NCBI GenBank assembly: GCA_009914755.4
Contig: CP068257.2
Location: 43,168,001-43,232,000 of the forward strand
DNA from: the human T2T-CHM13v2.0 reference genome, Homo sapiens
Length of the DNA: 64,000 nucleotides
Direction of reading: 5' to 3'
Positions within the stretch are counted from its first letter, which is position 1; every line of letters starts with the position of its first letter. The position numbers were made by a program, and so were the translations under genes. This document shows positions 1 to 10,576 of the stretch, piece after piece. Below the pieces are notes generated by a model that saw nothing but the letters and a program-made list of their open reading frames with translations, was not told the origin of the DNA and did not search any database.

Positions 1-498
1 CACCCTCACCCTGCCACCGACACTATGGGCTGGAGGGAGAGCCCCCAGGCAGGGCTCCCTCTGCCTCTCGGTCCACCTGTCCACAGCCAGCCCCCTGACC
101 CCCAGTCAAGCCCCAGAGACTCCACGAGGCCCTCCCTGCTCAGCTGCTCTCAGCAGCTTCTCCCTGGTGAACACTCCCAGAGCTGCCACTGCCTCAGCGG
201 TGTGTAGGTTTCCTCAAGTAGGTACAAATGGATACTTGTTGCAAAGATGTTTTCAATATTTATTAAATACTGAATAGTAAATATTTAAAATCTTAAATGT
301 TTTGCAAAAATATTTCCACATAAAACATTCCAGTGGATTCTCACAACATTGAAAGGGAGAAAAAGCAGGTATTGGTTCCATTTATGGACAGACAAAACTG
401 AGACTCCACAAGATGAAGTGATGCTTGGTCACGGGGCCATCAGCTGACAAATGACAAGAGCTGCAACTTGAACCAAGTTTAAAAAAAAACTCTGTTTC

Positions 499-791
499 GG
501 CCGGGCGCGTTGGCTCACGCCTTTAATCCCAGCACTTTGGGGGGCTGAGGTGGGCAGATCACAAGGTCAGGAGATCGAGACCATCCTGGCTAACATGGTG
601 AAACCCCGTCTCTACTAAAAATACAAAAAAATTAGCCGGGAGTGGTGGTGGGCACCTATAGTCCCAGCTACTTGGGAGGCTGAGGCAGGAGAATGGCGTG
701 AACTCAGGAGGCAGAGCTTGCACAGTGAGCTGAGACTGCGCCACTGCATTCTAGCCTGGGCAACAAAGCGAGACTCCGTCTCAAAAAAAAA
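499..791 (+). mobile_element. Alu (full length)
   Basis: It begins GGCCGGGCGCGTTGGCTCACGCC...AATCCCAGCACTTTGG and carries an A-rich linker and a poly(A) tail. Boundaries are accurate to about +/-10 bp. Confidence 0.9.
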
Positions 792-1314
792 AGTCTGTTT
801 CCAGGTCCAAAGCTCTTTCCATGACAGTATGATGCCCTGCAACGTGATAGATGAAATCTCATTCATGTCTGCATGTGCCTGAGAGAAACGAGCTGTGCAG
901 ACTGATAATCAGGGGTTATGGCACATTCTGCCCACCCACGTCACTTGTGCAAGATGCTTAAAGGGCACAAGAATCCAGCTGGCCCCTAAGCTGCACACGG
1001 GCTACAACAGCAAGCGTCCAGACAATGAGTGGGAAGGGGCCGCTGAGTGGTCCTTGCACCCCCGCTTCCCTTACAGTGAGGACGGGCCCAGCACTTGGCT
1101 CCATCTCCAAACAGCAAGAATGATGTCTGCAAAGCAGTTTTCTCATTTGAAAATTTAAATTTAAAATGTGAAAAATAAATAATCTAATAATCAATATCAT
1201 TAAGGCATTCTGTATGAGCTCCCACCTACAATTCTCAAATAAGCGTATCCCAAATGGCAGTTACCCCGCACAAATCGGAAGTCGCCCTGGAACCACGCGA
1301 AGCCAGCTCCGTAC

Positions 1315-1386
1315 CTGTGCTGGAGTGTCAGTTTCATTGATTGGCTGCCCGTCGAACCTGAATCTGATCTGCCTCATTGACAAGCC
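1315..1386 (-). CDS. SUMO3: SUMO3 coding exon 3 ([24 protein letters not shown]), 72 nt, phase 0
   Basis: The minus-strand translation matches SUMO3 residues 51-74 exactly. The acceptor AG is at 1387-1388 (plus strand 'ct'), preceded by a polypyrimidine tract. The donor GTACGG is at 1309-1314. This is part of ORF 1261..1554(-). Confidence 0.9.
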
Positions 1387-1497
1387 CTGGAAAGGAAAAG
1401 CAGTGGCCATTAGTCTCACTGGCAAGCCCTGGAAAGGAAAAGCAGTGGCCATTAGTCTCACTGACAAGCCCTGGAGAGGAAAAGCAGTGGCCATTAA
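1379..1497. repeat. Tandem triplication of a 42-bp unit (gacaagccctggaaaggaaaagcagtggccattagtctcact); copy 1 contains the SUMO3 exon-3 acceptor plus its first 8 exonic nt
   Basis: The copies lie at 1379-1420, 1421-1462 and 1463-~1497 (truncated/diverging). Only 2 of 42 positions differ between copies 1 and 2. Confidence 0.9.
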
Positions 1498-3169
1498 ACA
1501 TTTCCAGATACGGCTTAATTCAAAAACCAAATATTTTAATCCAAGTATCAGCATTCTGATATGCAGATTTATGATCCAGCTCAGTATTAAAAACTCACCA
1601 GTGGGCCTACAATCTCTTTCACGCGGTGCCTGACACCACTGCTTTCAGAACCCACTCTTCTACCATCTTCTCTCTGATGAGCTAAAACGGCTCATTTTCA
1701 ACCCAGGTTTTGTTACACCATTGCATACTGGGAACTTCTTAAAGCCAAACCAGTGGCAGTTCAGTTTCAAAGCAGATAGGTAAGTGGTCCATGGCAGAAG
1801 GAAAGCCGACTTACATTCAAACACCAGAACACAAGAGACGTCCTAGACTAACATCCAAACTCATGTACCTCTAAAATCCACCCTTTCTTTACATACGAAA
1901 CCCAGGTGAGGAAGCGTAACACGTCACAGTGACGCTAGCTCAGACAGCTGTCAGCCAGGAGGTCTCTGAGGAGCAGGAGAAAAGCTGGACTAGCATTGGT
2001 GATGTGCCAGGGGAGGGGAAATGAGCCGCCAGGTGAATACTAACCTTCCAGTGGCTAGCTTTTCAATCAAAGTTTCTCAGTGCAGTGGCCGTGTGGAATG
2101 GTCAATTCAAACACTGAATCTTCTCTGTCCTGGTGCCCTGACCTGTCCTGGGTCATCCCTCCCATCTTTCCAGAAGCCGAGTAGAACTTCTACAATGCTG
2201 GCACCACTACTTCCCCCCTTTACAAAGTTCTCAGCAAGGAACAGGTTGTGTGCCAATGAGGGACAGATAAGAAGGCTGCATGAGGCCGGGGAGCAGTTAC
2301 CACCATGACTTTGGCCTTGAGGAGGGCAGCAGGAAGGAGAGCACGCAGCCTTTCTGCGTCCTGAGGGAATGGAGAAATGTGGTCAGGGGCAGAAACATTT
2401 CCTCAACGAGCAGTTTTGATTTAACTGAAACAGGACAGACGGGGTTAAAACGTGCATCTCTGCTCCCTCCTGAAACCCCACTGAAATGAAGTAAATCAAA
2501 AAGGCACAAACAGGAAGGACAAAGAAAACGGGAGTGGGGATGGGCAGATATGTCAATGCTGGGCTGAGCCAGAGGCTACTGAGGCGTGGACACTGGTGGT
2601 CTGATGGACACTGGACCAGGATCCTAGGGCGGAGGGACTGGGCACGCCCCAACCTGTGAGGCAGAGCTGTGGCAGGCAGCTGATTCTGAACAGCTGCCTG
2701 GAAGTTCACATGCAGACCCCTCAGGCAGGACCCCCACAACCCTGTGCCTCCCACGGCAGCACACATGAGATGTGCTTTCTGAGAAGGTGGGTGCGGAGCT
2801 CCAGGCGCAGGGCGGAAACAGGCCCACGAAAGCGCGTGCCCTCAACACTGTGCGCCAAGTCCCCTCTCCCCTCCAGATGCGCCTCCAGGAGGCTGGCCGG
2901 AGCCTGGAGGACTCAACTCTCAAACTGTAGCATCTGGGCGCCTCCAGAACCTGCAATCCAGACAGATCACCCCATGTGGATGCACAGCCCTGGCAGCACA
3001 GCCATCCATGTACACAGCTTTTCAGCAGCTTCTCGGTGCTCCATGCTTGCACAGAAGTCAGCCTGCGTGAGAGCAGTCAGGGAAAGGCTCACTGTGCAGC
3101 AGCCCAGAGAGGAGGGGAGGAGCGCAGAGGAGAACGGACAGGAAGGAGGCAGGAGAACACTCCCAACAC

Positions 3170-3490
3170 AGGCACACACATGCCCACACCCACACATGCC
3201 CACACCCACACACATGCACACACCCACACATGCACACCCATGCACACACCCATGCACACACCCACACATGCACACACCCACATATGCACACACGCACACA
3301 CCCACATACACACACGCACACACCCACACATACACACACACGAATGCACACATGCACACACCCACATACACACACATGCACACACCCACATATACACACA
3401 GGCACACACCCACACATACACACACAGGCACACACCCACACATACACACACATGCACAAAGACACGGACATACACACCACACACACCTAC
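3170..3490. repeat. Imperfect (CACACCCACACATGCACACA)n purine/pyrimidine-biased simple repeat in SUMO3 intron 2
   Basis: It spans ~320 bp of ca/cc/catg-only sequence and generates the His/Thr/Pro-rich and Cys/Val-rich artefact ORFs at 2656..3587. Confidence 0.9.
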
Positions 3491-3560
3491 ACTCACGATT
3501 CAAATTCTATGGGAAGTAAAAAATACTACTACCTTCAGAAAACAATCAATTGCTACTGAG

Positions 3561-3848
3561 GATGGGTGCGGTGGCTCACACCTGTAATCCCAGCACTTTG
3601 GGAGACCGAGGCAGAAGGATCACTTAAGCCCAGGAATTCCAGACCAGCCTGGACCACATAAGGAGACCCCATCTCCACAAAATAAAAAAATGAGCCAGGC
3701 GTGGTGGCGTGTACCTGGAGTCCCACCTACTCGGGAGGCTGAGGTGGGAGGATCACTTGAGCCCCAGGGCTCAAGGCTGCAGTGAACCATGATCACACCA
3801 CTGCGCTCCAGCTTGGGGGACAGAGTGAGACCCTGTCTCAAAAAAAAT
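3561..3848 (+). mobile_element. Alu (full length)
   Basis: It reads GGTGCGGTGGCTCACACCTGTAATCCCAGCACTTTGGGAGACCGAGG...GTCTCAAAAAAAA. Confidence 0.9.
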
Positions 3849-4322
3849 AAGTTGCTACTGAGAAAAAAAGAACACTCAAAGAACAGAAAGAAAAAAGAAC
3901 TTTTGGAAATTAAAAATCATGACAGAGATGAGAATGTCCACAGGAAGTGGAAAGATAAAGTTGAAATGACCTCCCGGAAAGAAGCCCAAATGCAACAATA
4001 AAGCCCAAAGCAAAATGGGAGAAAAATTATCAAATTTAAAATATCTAGGACAATGAGCAGCAGGAGGAACAGGAACTCCAAAAAGAGGGAACAGAGTCTG
4101 GAGAAGGATACAAATTATCAGAGAACTAACATAAGGCATATTTCCTGAATAAAAATAAACGTCCAGACCCATAAAGTGCCCAGCAGCATGAGTGAGAAAA
4201 TCACCCACCTCTGAGGCACATAAGGAAACACTGAATGCCAGAATATGGTCCCAGATACTTCCAGGGAAAAACCAAGTTACAAACAAAGCACAGAGAATCA
4301 GAATCCACTGAACTTCTCACCC

Positions 4323-4649
4323 TTTTTTTTTTTTTTTTTTTTTTTTTTGAGACAGGGTCTTGCTCTGTCACCCAGGCTGGAGCAGTGATATGACCTCAGC
4401 TCCCTGCAGCCTCCACCTCCTGGGCTCAAACAATCCTCCCACCTCAGCCTCCTGAGTAGCTGGGACTATAGGCTTGCACCACCACACCTGGCTAATTTTT
4501 TTAATGTTTCGTAGAGACAGGGTCTCCCTGTGTTGCCCAGGCTTGGCACTGAACTCCTGACCTCAAGTCTTGAATTCCTGACCTCAAGTGATCCTCCCAC
4601 ATCAGCCTCCCAAAGTGCTGGGATTACAGGCATAAGCCACCATGCCTGG
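4323..4649 (-). mobile_element. Alu (antisense orientation; poly-T at the low end)
   Basis: It reads TTTTT...GAGACAGGGTCTTGCTCTGTCACCCAGGCTGGAG...CCCAAAGTGCTGGGATTACAGGCATAAGCCACCATGCCTGG. Confidence 0.9.
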
Positions 4650-6247
4650 TGAACTTTTCACTTTTAACATTGGGAGCTATTCTCATGGCTGACCTCTGAA
4701 ATAAAAAAGAAAAAAAAGTTTCAACCGAGAATATTACGTGCAGCCACATACTGAAGTGTGAAGGTTTATAAAAGCAAAAGTCACGTTCAGCCATGCAGTG
4801 TCTCAAAGACGCTGCCCTTCTGTGCCCGTTCTGACAAGACCCTGGAGGATGTGCTCCACCACAAAACACAAAAGGGAGGAGGACTAATCCAGGAAACACC
4901 CAAGAGAGAACCCAAGTTTCTAGAAGGATTTGAACAGGAGGCCCTGGACCACGGCTGAGCAGCCAGCCTCACAAGCAGCAGTGCAGGTGGGGCAGGAGGG
5001 GAGCTCCGGGAGAGCAGGGGGAAGGGCAGAGCCCCCCCCACATGTACACGGCCCCACACGCCTGCCATCCCGCAGCGCAGAGGAGAACATGGGCACCCGG
5101 GAAGTCACACACACAGTGGCCACGAGCCCAGGCAGTACAAACTCCAGCAAGGGCCAGGGCCCAGCATCAGGCAGAGGCTGGATCACGGGGCCTACACGGC
5201 GCCAGGCCACTCACTCTGCTGGGAAGACCGGGACCTGCGTGTCTGGAAGCTCAGTCTCACCTTTCGCAGGTGAAAATAAGATCTGCCCTCAGCAAACACA
5301 AAGAAAGGAAGTCAGGGGCTGCTTGCCAATAAAGAATGCAAGGCAGTCGCCAGTGACTGCCCCTATGAGCAGGGTATCCAAAGTGGGAGGGAAAGAGGAG
5401 GAAATCTAACTGAAAATCCACAGGCAAAAGAGTAAAATAAAAGGGCAACGAGTTGCTGTATTTTCAAAGCGGCTGAAGAAAAGCAGCCTCTAGGTCCCAC
5501 TCAGGCAAGCAGGGCTCCCTGGGGAAGGGCGCCTGGCTGCAGGGCCGGGCCCCCAACACACCAGGCAGCAGCTGGTGGGCAAAGCCTATAAAAGTGGCCT
5601 AGAGAGGGACCCCCTGGCCCAGGGTGAGTCCGCCACAGCGTTACCAAGAACAACAGACACACACACACCACGTCACAAACAGCAGCCAGAAGGCATCCAC
5701 CCAGCTGGGCACTGCCAGTGGGGCAGCTCATTATCCTGAAACTGGGGAAGAAGGGGAAAGAATCACGCGCTTTCTTGCCTTTCCTAACAAAATGGAAAAC
5801 CACACCGCACATGAGGGCAGTGTCTCTCCAGGGTCAGGCCAGCTCATACGCGAGGACAGGGTGACAGCGGCGTGGGGCACACGCCACCTGCAGCCCCAGA
5901 ATGGCCAGACCTGAGCAGGGCCCCCAAGAGCCTTCAGCATCACAGACTTCACAGATGTTAGTACCCCATGGAGAACACAGCACCCCGGGCAGCCGCCCTG
6001 TCAGGAAGAAAAACCCACCACACTTCTCCGAGCCTCTAGGTCCCTCCACCTTATAAAAGGCCATGGGGGACAAGCCCAGCCTGGACTAATTTTACAGCAC
6101 AAGCCCCCGCCTGCCCATCCACGAAGAGGGCACCTCGGGCAGCTGCATCTGGGTCCAGCCCCGAGACGCTCGTGCTCTGGGGATGCCTGGAACGCACAGG
6201 ACCAGTGCGCACACGGGGAGGCTCTGCGGGGGAGCAAGGTGCCGCAC

Positions 6248-6376
6248 CTGCCTCTCGCAGTAGGCCTTCATCAGCTTGCTCAGCGGCGTGTGCCTCTTGA
6301 TCTTGAACTGCACCACGGAGCCGTCCTGCCCGGCCACCTTCAGGTTGATGTGGTCATTCTCTGTCTTCACACCCTC
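6248..6376 (-). CDS. SUMO3: SUMO3 coding exon 2 ([43 protein letters not shown]), 129 nt
   Basis: This is an exact match to SUMO3 residues 8-50. The single N in TENDHIN distinguishes it from SUMO2. The acceptor is tgcag|GAGGGT, with AG at 6377-6378. The donor is CAG|gtgcgg, with GT at 6246-6247. It is embedded in ORF 6092..6565(-). Confidence 0.92.
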
Positions 6377-6690
6377 CTGCAGAAGACACCAGAGACTGGC
6401 CTCAAAACTGTGTCTCAAAATAACCGCGACTTGAATGGGCAAGTCTTTAGGTAATTGTTGGCTTTTTAAAGTCATCAAAACCAACCTAATTCTTAAAATT
6501 CTCCAGCAATTCAGAGTCACTCGTGATGGTTTTATTTTTACACAGAATTTATTTTTAACTTCCACTTGTTAAGCATCCATGTGTAAAACAATGCAAGCCT
6601 AGGGTCCTCTGACATTGTTAATTCAAAGAAAAAAACAAAGTCTAGGGAAAAATAAGAGAAAATCCATCTTTATTTTAAAGTTATTCTTGT

Positions 6691-6815
6691 GGGCTGGGCA
6701 CAGTGGCTCACACCTGTTATCCCAGTACTTTGGGAGTTGACGTGGGAGGATGGCGTAAGCCCAGGAGTTTGAGACCAGTCTGGGCAACAGAGCAAGACCC
6801 CATCTCTTTTTTAAA
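6691..6815 (+). mobile_element. Alu-derived fragment (left arm fused to 3' terminus; internally deleted/FLAM-like)
   Basis: It reads GGGCTGGGCACAGTGGCTCACACCTGTTATCCCAGTACTTTGGGAG...GGGCAACAGAGCAAGACCCCATCTC. It is only ~125 bp long. Confidence 0.7.
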
Positions 6816-9069
6816 AAATTCTTATGAAACCAGTAAAAACACATATCCAAAAGTCATGCAGCTATACAGCACTAGTAAAAGAAACCAAAAACAGAAGAAA
6901 ACATTTGTGACTCAGAGGAACCCTATGGGACATTCAAGTGGTGATTTCGGGAATCCAACTGAGGACGGCCACTCCCCACAGCAGGCGGCCAGGCTCCTTC
7001 TCGCTGCCCTGACATCAGCAAATGTGAGGGAAGCCACCTCCGAGTACTTTCTGGTTTCAAACTGTCCTATCTGAGCGGCAGTAGGTGGTACTATTTTATT
7101 TTTTAATTCATGCCATACTTGAAGCTACTCAACAATGGCACAATCGGGGTGTCTTGTTGCCTGAAAATGCATTTTGAGTTGAGGCAAAAAGCTGATGTCA
7201 AGAGACTGGGAGCCAACTTCGGGGCAGCTCAGTCTGAGCCGAAAAGTGGGGCACCCCTCTGCCGGCCTGCACTGCTGGGATAAAGTCGTTTGTGAGTGAA
7301 GCAATGAGGCAGGGCCCTCCGGCTCACTCTGAAAGTCAAGTCTGGGGCGTCCTGGTACCCTTTCACCCCATGCTGAGCTGCTGCCCTCAGGAAGCACTGT
7401 ACATCACACGCCTGTTCTCTCCACTTCTCCTTTCCTTCCCTGGCTGGGAGAGGGACAACTGTCCCAGCGATGCCTAAATACAGGGAGTGGGATGTAGAAG
7501 GCTCGCCTGAGGGTGAACCCAGGGACTGCATCCATGCTTGCTTCCCTGGGGTATGCACCCTGGGGAGACCCTGGGGAGGCATGGTGCTCTGTCAAGGGAG
7601 CTAGAGTGGCCTGCAAGGGGCCTTGGCAGTGAGGGGCTCCAGCTGCGAGCCTGAAGGTGCGTGTCCTGGGGCGGCACTCACCCCCCGACTCCAGTCTTGG
7701 GCCAGACACCCCTGCCCACTCCCGGGATGCCAGTGGCTTGGCGGCAGCCTGAGTGGTGAGCTGGCACACCCCCATCTCCCCATCCCGAATGTGGCCTCCA
7801 GCACAGAGACAACTGGCCTAGGAAGGAAGAGCATGCAAACAGCTCCAGGCAGGATGGAAGTGGGGACCCCTGCATGAGCCCCCTTCACTTCCCCAAGCAT
7901 GAGGATGCACTGGCTTCTTTAGGGAAGGAAGGTATGAGTGTGTTCAAAGGCACAGATGCAGGGCCCAGACGTCCCCCACAGGGTAATGGCTGCAGCCCCG
8001 GGGGGAATGGCTGCAGCCCCGGGAGAGGCTGGGGCAGGGCAGGGCCGGCCACAGTGCCTCTGCTCCAAACAGATGGACACCAGGAATGACGATCTGTCCC
8101 AGACCCCTGGTGAATTCCTAATAAGCAAGTGAACTCGTGAGTTAAAAAGTGAAGCCCTAAAAACATGGGCCTCAGTTTGCTACAGTCAATCCTCCACCTC
8201 AGCTATCCAGGGAAGTCAGAACCATTCTCCTGCCTGACCTAAAAGCTCTTCTTTCCAGCACCACCGGGCCCCAGAGTCCACCTCTTCCCCTTCGTCAGAG
8301 CCCCAGAGGGCAGAGCTGCTCCCACATGGGCTCAGAGGGGACCCACCAGAAGCGGGGCCTGTGAGGTGGCAGCCACTCAGTCATTCTGGAATTAAACAAG
8401 TGTTTTCAACGGAACTGGAGCCTGAGATTGACCACATGGCAGAGCTAAGTGTAAATACTGCTGAGAAAATTAATATCATATGTATTTTATTACATTTACT
8501 CTTCATTAAGAGGAAGCCACCTACAAAAACATAAAGGACATTTATATTTGACCTAGTTTTAACAAGTATTTAAATATTCAAACAACCCCAGAGTGGGAGA
8601 ACTTTGACTTCACTGGAGTCAAAATGTAAAAAGCAAAGGTCACCCCAAATGCCATCTGGATAGGGCAGGTTTCCCTGGAGTCTGACCACAGCAAGCAGAG
8701 TGCAGACTTCCATAGAGGCCGCGACCATGGTTCCTGACGGTTCCATCCCACTTCCCGCCAGTGTCTGGCACTGAGCCTCCACCCTCATCTGTAAAGGGAG
8801 GGTGGTCACCTCCAGGACCAGGCCAGTATCAGAGACAGCCTCTTTACAGAGCCTTCAGCTCTAGTCATCTTCCACTGGGATGTAACATAGAGGCCGACAG
8901 TGCACACCAAGGGCTTCGGAAAGGTTCTCTTTTTATGAACACTGGAGAATGCGACTACAGACCCTCCCGAGAAGGAATGGCCAGTGCACCTGAATGCAGG
9001 GTGCATACCCCAGGACTGAGACTGGAGGGAGGCACACCCCAGCATGGCAATGGGGGAGACTAAAGCCCA

Positions 9070-9660
9070 CCCAAGGCTGGATAAGGAGGGGTGGGCGCGC
9101 ATGGTGGGGGAGGCGCAATGCAGAGAAGTGGGCGCACACCGTGGGGCGTGATAGGGAGGGGTGGGCACACACTATAGGGGGCGTGATGGGGAGGGGTGGG
9201 CGCACATCGTGGAGGGGGTGATGGGGAGGGGTGGACGCACACTGGGGGTGTGATGGAAAGGGGGACGCGATGGATAGGGGTGGGCGCACACTGGGGGACG
9301 CGACGGGGAGGGGTGAGCACACACTGGGGGTGTGATGGAGAGGGCGACGCAATAGGGAGGGGTGGGCGCACACCAGGGACGCGATGATGGGGACGGGTGG
9401 GCGCACACCAGGTGGCATGATGGGGAGGAGTGGGTACACACCATGGGGGGCGTGATGGGGAGGCGTGGGCGTACACCGGGGGGCGCGATGGGGAGGGGTG
9501 GGCGCACACCGGGGGACGCGATGGAGGCGGTGGGTGCACACGGGGCGCGATGGGTGGGAGTAGGTGCACACTGAGGGCACGATTGGGGAGACACGAAGGA
9601 GAGGGGTGGGCGCACACTGGGGGACGCGATGGCCGGGACGCGATGCGGAGAAGTGGGTGA
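9070..9660. repeat. G-rich minisatellite (~33-38 bp unit, consensus ~GGGAGGGGTGGGCGCACACYGGGGGRCGYGATG) in SUMO3 intron 1
   Basis: It has ~16 degenerate tandem copies, is G-rich on the plus strand, and explains the proline-rich artefact ORFs 8933..9781(-), 9060..9617(-) and 9172..9708(-). Confidence 0.85.
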
Positions 9661-10084
9661 ATACCGGGGTCGCGATGGGCGCCCTGGAAGGACGGCAGTG
9701 CTGCTCACAGGGGCCAGGCCCCTCAGAGCGCGCCCCTTGGGGGTAACCCCAGACGCTTGTTCCCGAGCCGACTCCGTTCACTCGACACAGGATCCCGCAC
9801 CCAGGGCGATGCCGGGGGAGAGGGCGACCCCAACCAGCAATGACTCAGGAGAGGAGCACGCAAAGACGCTTCGGGGACACTGCTGGGGCGGGATCCGAGG
9901 GCGCCGCGCTCTGCAGGAGCAGCAGCGCGGGGCCCGACACCGGGCGCTCAAGGAGGCGCTGGGCGCGCGCCTTCCCAGCTGGGGAGGAGACGGGCGTGGA
10001 GCGGAGGCGTGGCCAGGCCCGGAGGGGGCGGAGCTCGCGGCACAGCGCGCTTCGCGGGGGCAGAGGGGGCGCACCTTGGGCGGG

Positions 10085-10200
10085 CCCACTTAGGGGCGGG
10101 GCTCTAGAGGGCGGGGAGGGGCGGAGCCTGTCAGGGGCGGGACGCGGGGCGGAGTCAGGGTGGGGGCGGAGCCGGGCTGGGGGCGGGGCGCGCCGCCGAG
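10085..10200. promoter_or_regulatory. Cluster of Sp1-type GC boxes (GGGGCGGGG x ~6) inside the CpG island
   Basis: The motif 'ggggcgggg' repeats at ~10090, 10110, 10127, 10143, 10166 and 10183. They lie ~200-300 bp 3' of SUMO3 exon 1 on the gene strand, in intron 1. Confidence 0.45.
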
Positions 10201-10397
10201 CGCAGCCGGGCGGGGGAGGGGAGCGGCGCGGCCGGACGGGAGCGGGGGAGGGGCGGGGGCGCGGGCGGCGCCGCAGGCCTGGGCGCGGGTCCCCGTGGGC
10301 GCCGCCGTCTCCAAGGGCCGCAGGAGCGGCGCGCGGCGGCGGAGGCGCCCGGGACGCCCGCGATAGACGCGCGTGCAGGCGGGGTCGCCGCGCTTAC

Positions 10398-10418
10398 CTT
10401 GGGCTTCTCCTCGGACAT
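10398..10418 (-). CDS. SUMO3: SUMO3 coding part of exon 1 (ATG TCC GAG GAG AAG CCC AAG = MSEEKPK)
   Basis: The reverse complement of 10398-10418 reads ATGTCCGAGGAGAAGCCCAAG, followed by a consensus donor gtaag (plus strand 10393-10397 'cttac'). The ATG context is gcagccATGt. It lies inside the CpG island. Confidence 0.88.
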
Positions 10419-10505
10419 GGCTGCGCGAGCGGCGCGGGGAGGCGGCGCGGGGGAAGCAGCGCGGAGCGGGCGAGTCACGCTCTCGGCCCCGCCGCTCTCC
10501 CGCCG
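10419..10505 (-). other. SUMO3: SUMO3 exon 1 5'UTR (approximate; TSS not determinable from sequence alone)
   Basis: This is GC-rich leader upstream of the ATG. A TATA-like GATAAAG (plus strand 'ctttatc' at ~10527-10533) sits ~110 nt 5' of the ATG, suggesting a TSS near 10500. The upper boundary is a guess. Confidence 0.35.
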
Positions 10506-10570
10506 CAACTGTGCGCGGGGCCGCGCTTTATCCCCCAAATCCCGGCGCACCCGTTGGCCGGCACGGGGGT

Positions 10571-10576
10571 CACGTG
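10571..10576. promoter_or_regulatory. E-box CACGTG just 5' of the presumed SUMO3 TSS
   Basis: The sequence reads 'gggggtCACGTGgctgcgcgcg'. It sits ~150 nt upstream of the ATG on the gene strand. Confidence 0.3.

Noticed and set aside
1083-1110. Minus-strand 'tttgcag|...TTGGAGATGGAG' encoding L-E-M-E, reminiscent of the start of SUMO3 exon 4 (LEMEDEDTID...)
   Set aside because: Downstream residues (PSAGPVL…) do not match SUMO3. The frame is not continuous with a phase-0 exon start after the cag. Genuine exon 4 (…DEDTIDVFQQQTGGVPESSLAGHSF) is not present anywhere in 1-1314, so exon 4 lies beyond the window start. I treat this as a 12-nt coincidence.
2656-3587. ORFs of 135-287 aa rich in His/Thr/Pro or Cys/Val (both strands)
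   Set aside because: They are translations of the CA/CATG simple repeat at 3170-3490. Periodic repeats lack stops in some frames, so these are not genes.
8933-9781. Proline-rich ORFs of 178-282 aa on the minus strand and Gly/Arg-rich ORFs on the plus strand
   Set aside because: They are artefacts of the G-rich ~35-bp minisatellite. The periodicity is not a multiple of 3 throughout and there is no splice or domain evidence.
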